In this document: positions 61,887 to 64,000 of the stretch, one piece after another
How positions within the stretch are numbered: the stretch's first letter is position 1
Layout: the number at the start of each line of letters is the position of its first letter
Virus record (IMG/VR): IMGVR_UViG_3300037312_000757
Source of the DNA: a virus
Lineage: Duplodnaviria; Heunggongvirae; Uroviricota; Caudoviricetes
Reading direction: 5' to 3' (one strand)
DNA: 64,000 nt
Position numbers and translations under genes: made by a program
Notes under the pieces: model-generated
The model's database searches: none
What the model was told of the DNA's origin: nothing
Seen by the model: the letters and a program-made list of their open reading frames with translations, nothing else

Positions 61887-62194
61887 TATTGCTCATCCTT
61901 CTTGGGATACGAAAACAACTCGTTGTCGAAATTATGCGGATTGGCCAAGGCCAGCAGAATATCAGCGTGACATGGCTGCGGATGGCACCAGCATGCGAGC
62001 GTCTTTCCAGTCAACTCTGGTAGTTGTGCCAGCAGCTCGTGATTCGACATCAAGTAGTCCTTGTACTTGGCGATTATTTGACTGCGAGTTCCATGTTCAC
62101 CAATGACAAATGGGTTTCCCCATTTACTGGGTCTTCCGACGTACACGTCATAGAATTCCTTCTTGACGTGTACGACTTTGGGCGTGTTTGCCAT
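61886..62194 (-). CDS. DUF4326-like protein
   Basis: YVGRPSKWGNPF, LACWCHPQPCHAD. Confidence 0.8.
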   Translation of the reverse strand: MANTPKVVHVKKEFYDVYVGRPSKWGNPFVIGEHGTRSQIIAKYKDYLMSNHELLAQLPELTGKTLACWCHPQPCHADILLALANPHNFDNELFSYPKKDEQ

Positions 62195-62195
62195 G

Positions 62196-63317
62196 TTATT
62201 TCTTCGGAGCGAATTCCTTGCGGAGTTCGTCGCGCATGTCAGCAATCAACTTCACAGCCTCAGCACGTTCCTTCTTGCCTGCTTCGATATGCGTTGCAGC
62301 AGTGCGGCTAGATTCGATCAACGACTTCTGCGTGTACTTCATCGTCTCGATGTCATAGCTTGAACGTTGGCTCAACTTGGCAGCAGCAATTGCATTCTTG
62401 CCGTTGAGATCAGCCAGCTTGCGTTGCATTTCGTTAGTCTTGTCCATGATTGTATTGCCAAGCTCCAAACGTTCCTGCAGAGCTTGACCCATCGACGCAA
62501 GACTCATCAGCTTCTTCCAAGCAGGCAACGTCTGCTCGCGAATGACTGTGAGGTTGTCAATGCTGTCCATGTTGCCGTTCTGGATGCGGCGAATTTCAGG
62601 TGCAGTCAGATAGGCCATGTGCTGTGAACGACGCAGACGATCAGCTTGCTTGTCGATCTTGTTCACAAAGTCTTCTTGATCGCTGATCTTCTGCACTTGC
62701 ATTGGTGTAGGATCTTTGATCGACTTCATGTCGTTCAGAATTGCTTCTTGTTCAGCCTTGAACGTGTCAAGTGCTTCAACAGTGTAGCCAAGTTCTTCGT
62801 ATTCACGAAGGTTAGCTTCGTACATGTTCTCGAGGAACACATTCTGTTCTTCAGCCGCCTTGACATTTTCTTCCAGCTTGTCACTGATCTCGGCAATCTG
62901 ATCAGACACCGTCTTGAAGTGTGACATGACTTCGTTCTTCGACTTCTTGAACATGCCAGTCATCTTACCCATCAGACCCTTGCTCTTATCGAGGTTCAAG
63001 TCATCAGGATCAACACTGTCAGTCAAGTTGATGATCGACGTCAACTGTTTGCCAAACTCACCCATGTGAGACACGGTCGTGAGTTCCAGCACTTCATCAC
63101 TCAGGCGCGCTGTCTCTTCGGCATGATTCGCACCAAAACTGCTCACTGTCAAGCGGTTAACGCTTCTGAGCGCTTCCATTTGACGTTGGACTTCCGGGCG
63201 TCGAACAGCAACGGCAGACGTTTTGGTGGGCATTGCCACGATATTTGCGGCTTGCGGTTGACCAAGATCAGGCAATGCCTGTTTGGTTTTCGAAACCGGC
63301 TCAAACGTAATTTTCAT
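62196..63317 (-). CDS. TelA-like toxic anion resistance protein
   Basis: Helical protein; LTAPEIRRIQ..N, QTLPAWK pattern. Confidence 0.75.
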   Translation of the reverse strand: MKITFEPVSKTKQALPDLGQPQAANIVAMPTKTSAVAVRRPEVQRQMEALRSVNRLTVSSFGANHAEETARLSDEVLELTTVSHMGEFGKQLTSIINLTDSVDPDDLNLDKSKGLMGKMTGMFKKSKNEVMSHFKTVSDQIAEISDKLEENVKAAEEQNVFLENMYEANLREYEELGYTVEALDTFKAEQEAILNDMKSIKDPTPMQVQKISDQEDFVNKIDKQADRLRRSQHMAYLTAPEIRRIQNGNMDSIDNLTVIREQTLPAWKKLMSLASMGQALQERLELGNTIMDKTNEMQRKLADLNGKNAIAAAKLSQRSSYDIETMKYTQKSLIESSRTAATHIEAGKKERAEAVKLIADMRDELRKEFAPKK

Positions 63318-63991
63318 TTTTGTTCTTTTAACTGTTTAGCAGCTTCTACCAACGAATTGCAAAGCTTGGCATCAACTTCCTGATGCGAGCAGCGTTTCAA
63401 CATAATCTCAATGCTGATCGACTGCCATGTAGGCATCATCGTGTTCTGCAGGTCATTCACAGAATCAATGAAGCTTTCAATGGTCTGCTTTGCAGTGTCA
63501 AGCTGATTGATTCCTGCTTCGTGCAAGCCACGCGTTTGATTGATCGCAATCGTACGCTTATTAACCCAGTCATCATCAGCTACACGTCCGAGCAAATATT
63601 CTTCGCACACTGCAAGCTCATCCAATTGCTTAGTGATACTTGGCATGCCATCGATCAAGTGCTCAAACTTTTTGTTCAGGAATTTCGCATCGTTCACACA
63701 GATCTTTGCAGAGGACATCAGATCGTCAAACACGTCACGAACTTCCTGCACTGATGGAACTTCAACATTGCGACCCAACACACGATCAAGAATTGATCGT
63801 TGTGGTGGCAATACCGTTTCAAACACGTGACTGATCTTCAGCTTCAATTCACTAAAACGACTGGAGACTTTTTCGAGATCAATCACCGCATCCTGAATGG
63901 CATCAACTTGCTGACGTACAAGGTCGGTCACAGGTCTACCAAGACTTGCAACCGACTCGCGATCTTTTAGGTCGATGTCACCGATGTGCAA
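63314..63991 (-). CDS. helical protein coupled to telA (may start beyond window)
   Basis: ATGA overlap; TMMPTWQ resembles TelA motif. Confidence 0.6.
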   Translation of the reverse strand: MHIGDIDLKDRESVASLGRPVTDLVRQQVDAIQDAVIDLEKVSSRFSELKLKISHVFETVLPPQRSILDRVLGRNVEVPSVQEVRDVFDDLMSSAKICVNDAKFLNKKFEHLIDGMPSITKQLDELAVCEEYLLGRVADDDWVNKRTIAINQTRGLHEAGINQLDTAKQTIESFIDSVNDLQNTMMPTWQSISIEIMLKRCSHQEVDAKLCNSLVEAAKQLKEQK

Positions 63992-64000
63992 GTCAATGCG

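Noticed and set aside
110-63834. Most plus-strand ORFs in the track (e.g. 13803-14552, 44115-45272, 56814-57575)
   Set aside because: They are antisense shadows of well-supported minus-strand genes, with no RBS or recognisable motifs.

Overview
This window looks like a 64-kb segment of a large lytic (jumbo-type) dsDNA phage genome. A Burkholderiaceae/betaproteobacterial host is inferred from the style of its PepA, IF-1, YadA-type adhesin and Tat/lipoprotein glycoside hydrolase. Almost everything is on the minus strand: dense small hypothetical ORFs behind sigma70-like promoters, NNTAAATA (T4 late-like) motifs, two plus-strand probable virion proteins, and two homing endonucleases. About 60 tRNA and tRNA-like genes cover all 20 amino acids, mostly at 21983-32804. 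The strongest unexplained signals are: (1) a family of 10 RNAs sharing a terminal GGA..(A/U)CAGCAA / ..UCC(U/A)G 'handle' helix that carries different cargo (bare hairpins, three circularly permuted tRNA mimics, one CCA-ending tRNA whose anticodon is replaced by the handle, and 175- and 295-nt domains), resembling Y RNA architecture; (2) a leader-peptide attenuator (46 codons, 19 of 20 amino acids) at the head of the tRNA array, plus a second Lys-rich leader switch ahead of three tRNA-Lys genes; (3) several re-engineered tRNAs; (4) an 18-gene translationally coupled paralog array with a shared C-terminal 'D..DAVAFKL' motif; (5) palindromic early promoters and a triplicated promoter-like cassette. 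All calls were made by eye, and no database searches or folding programs were run. Coordinates may be off by a few bases, and several start codons were re-chosen from the ORF track.
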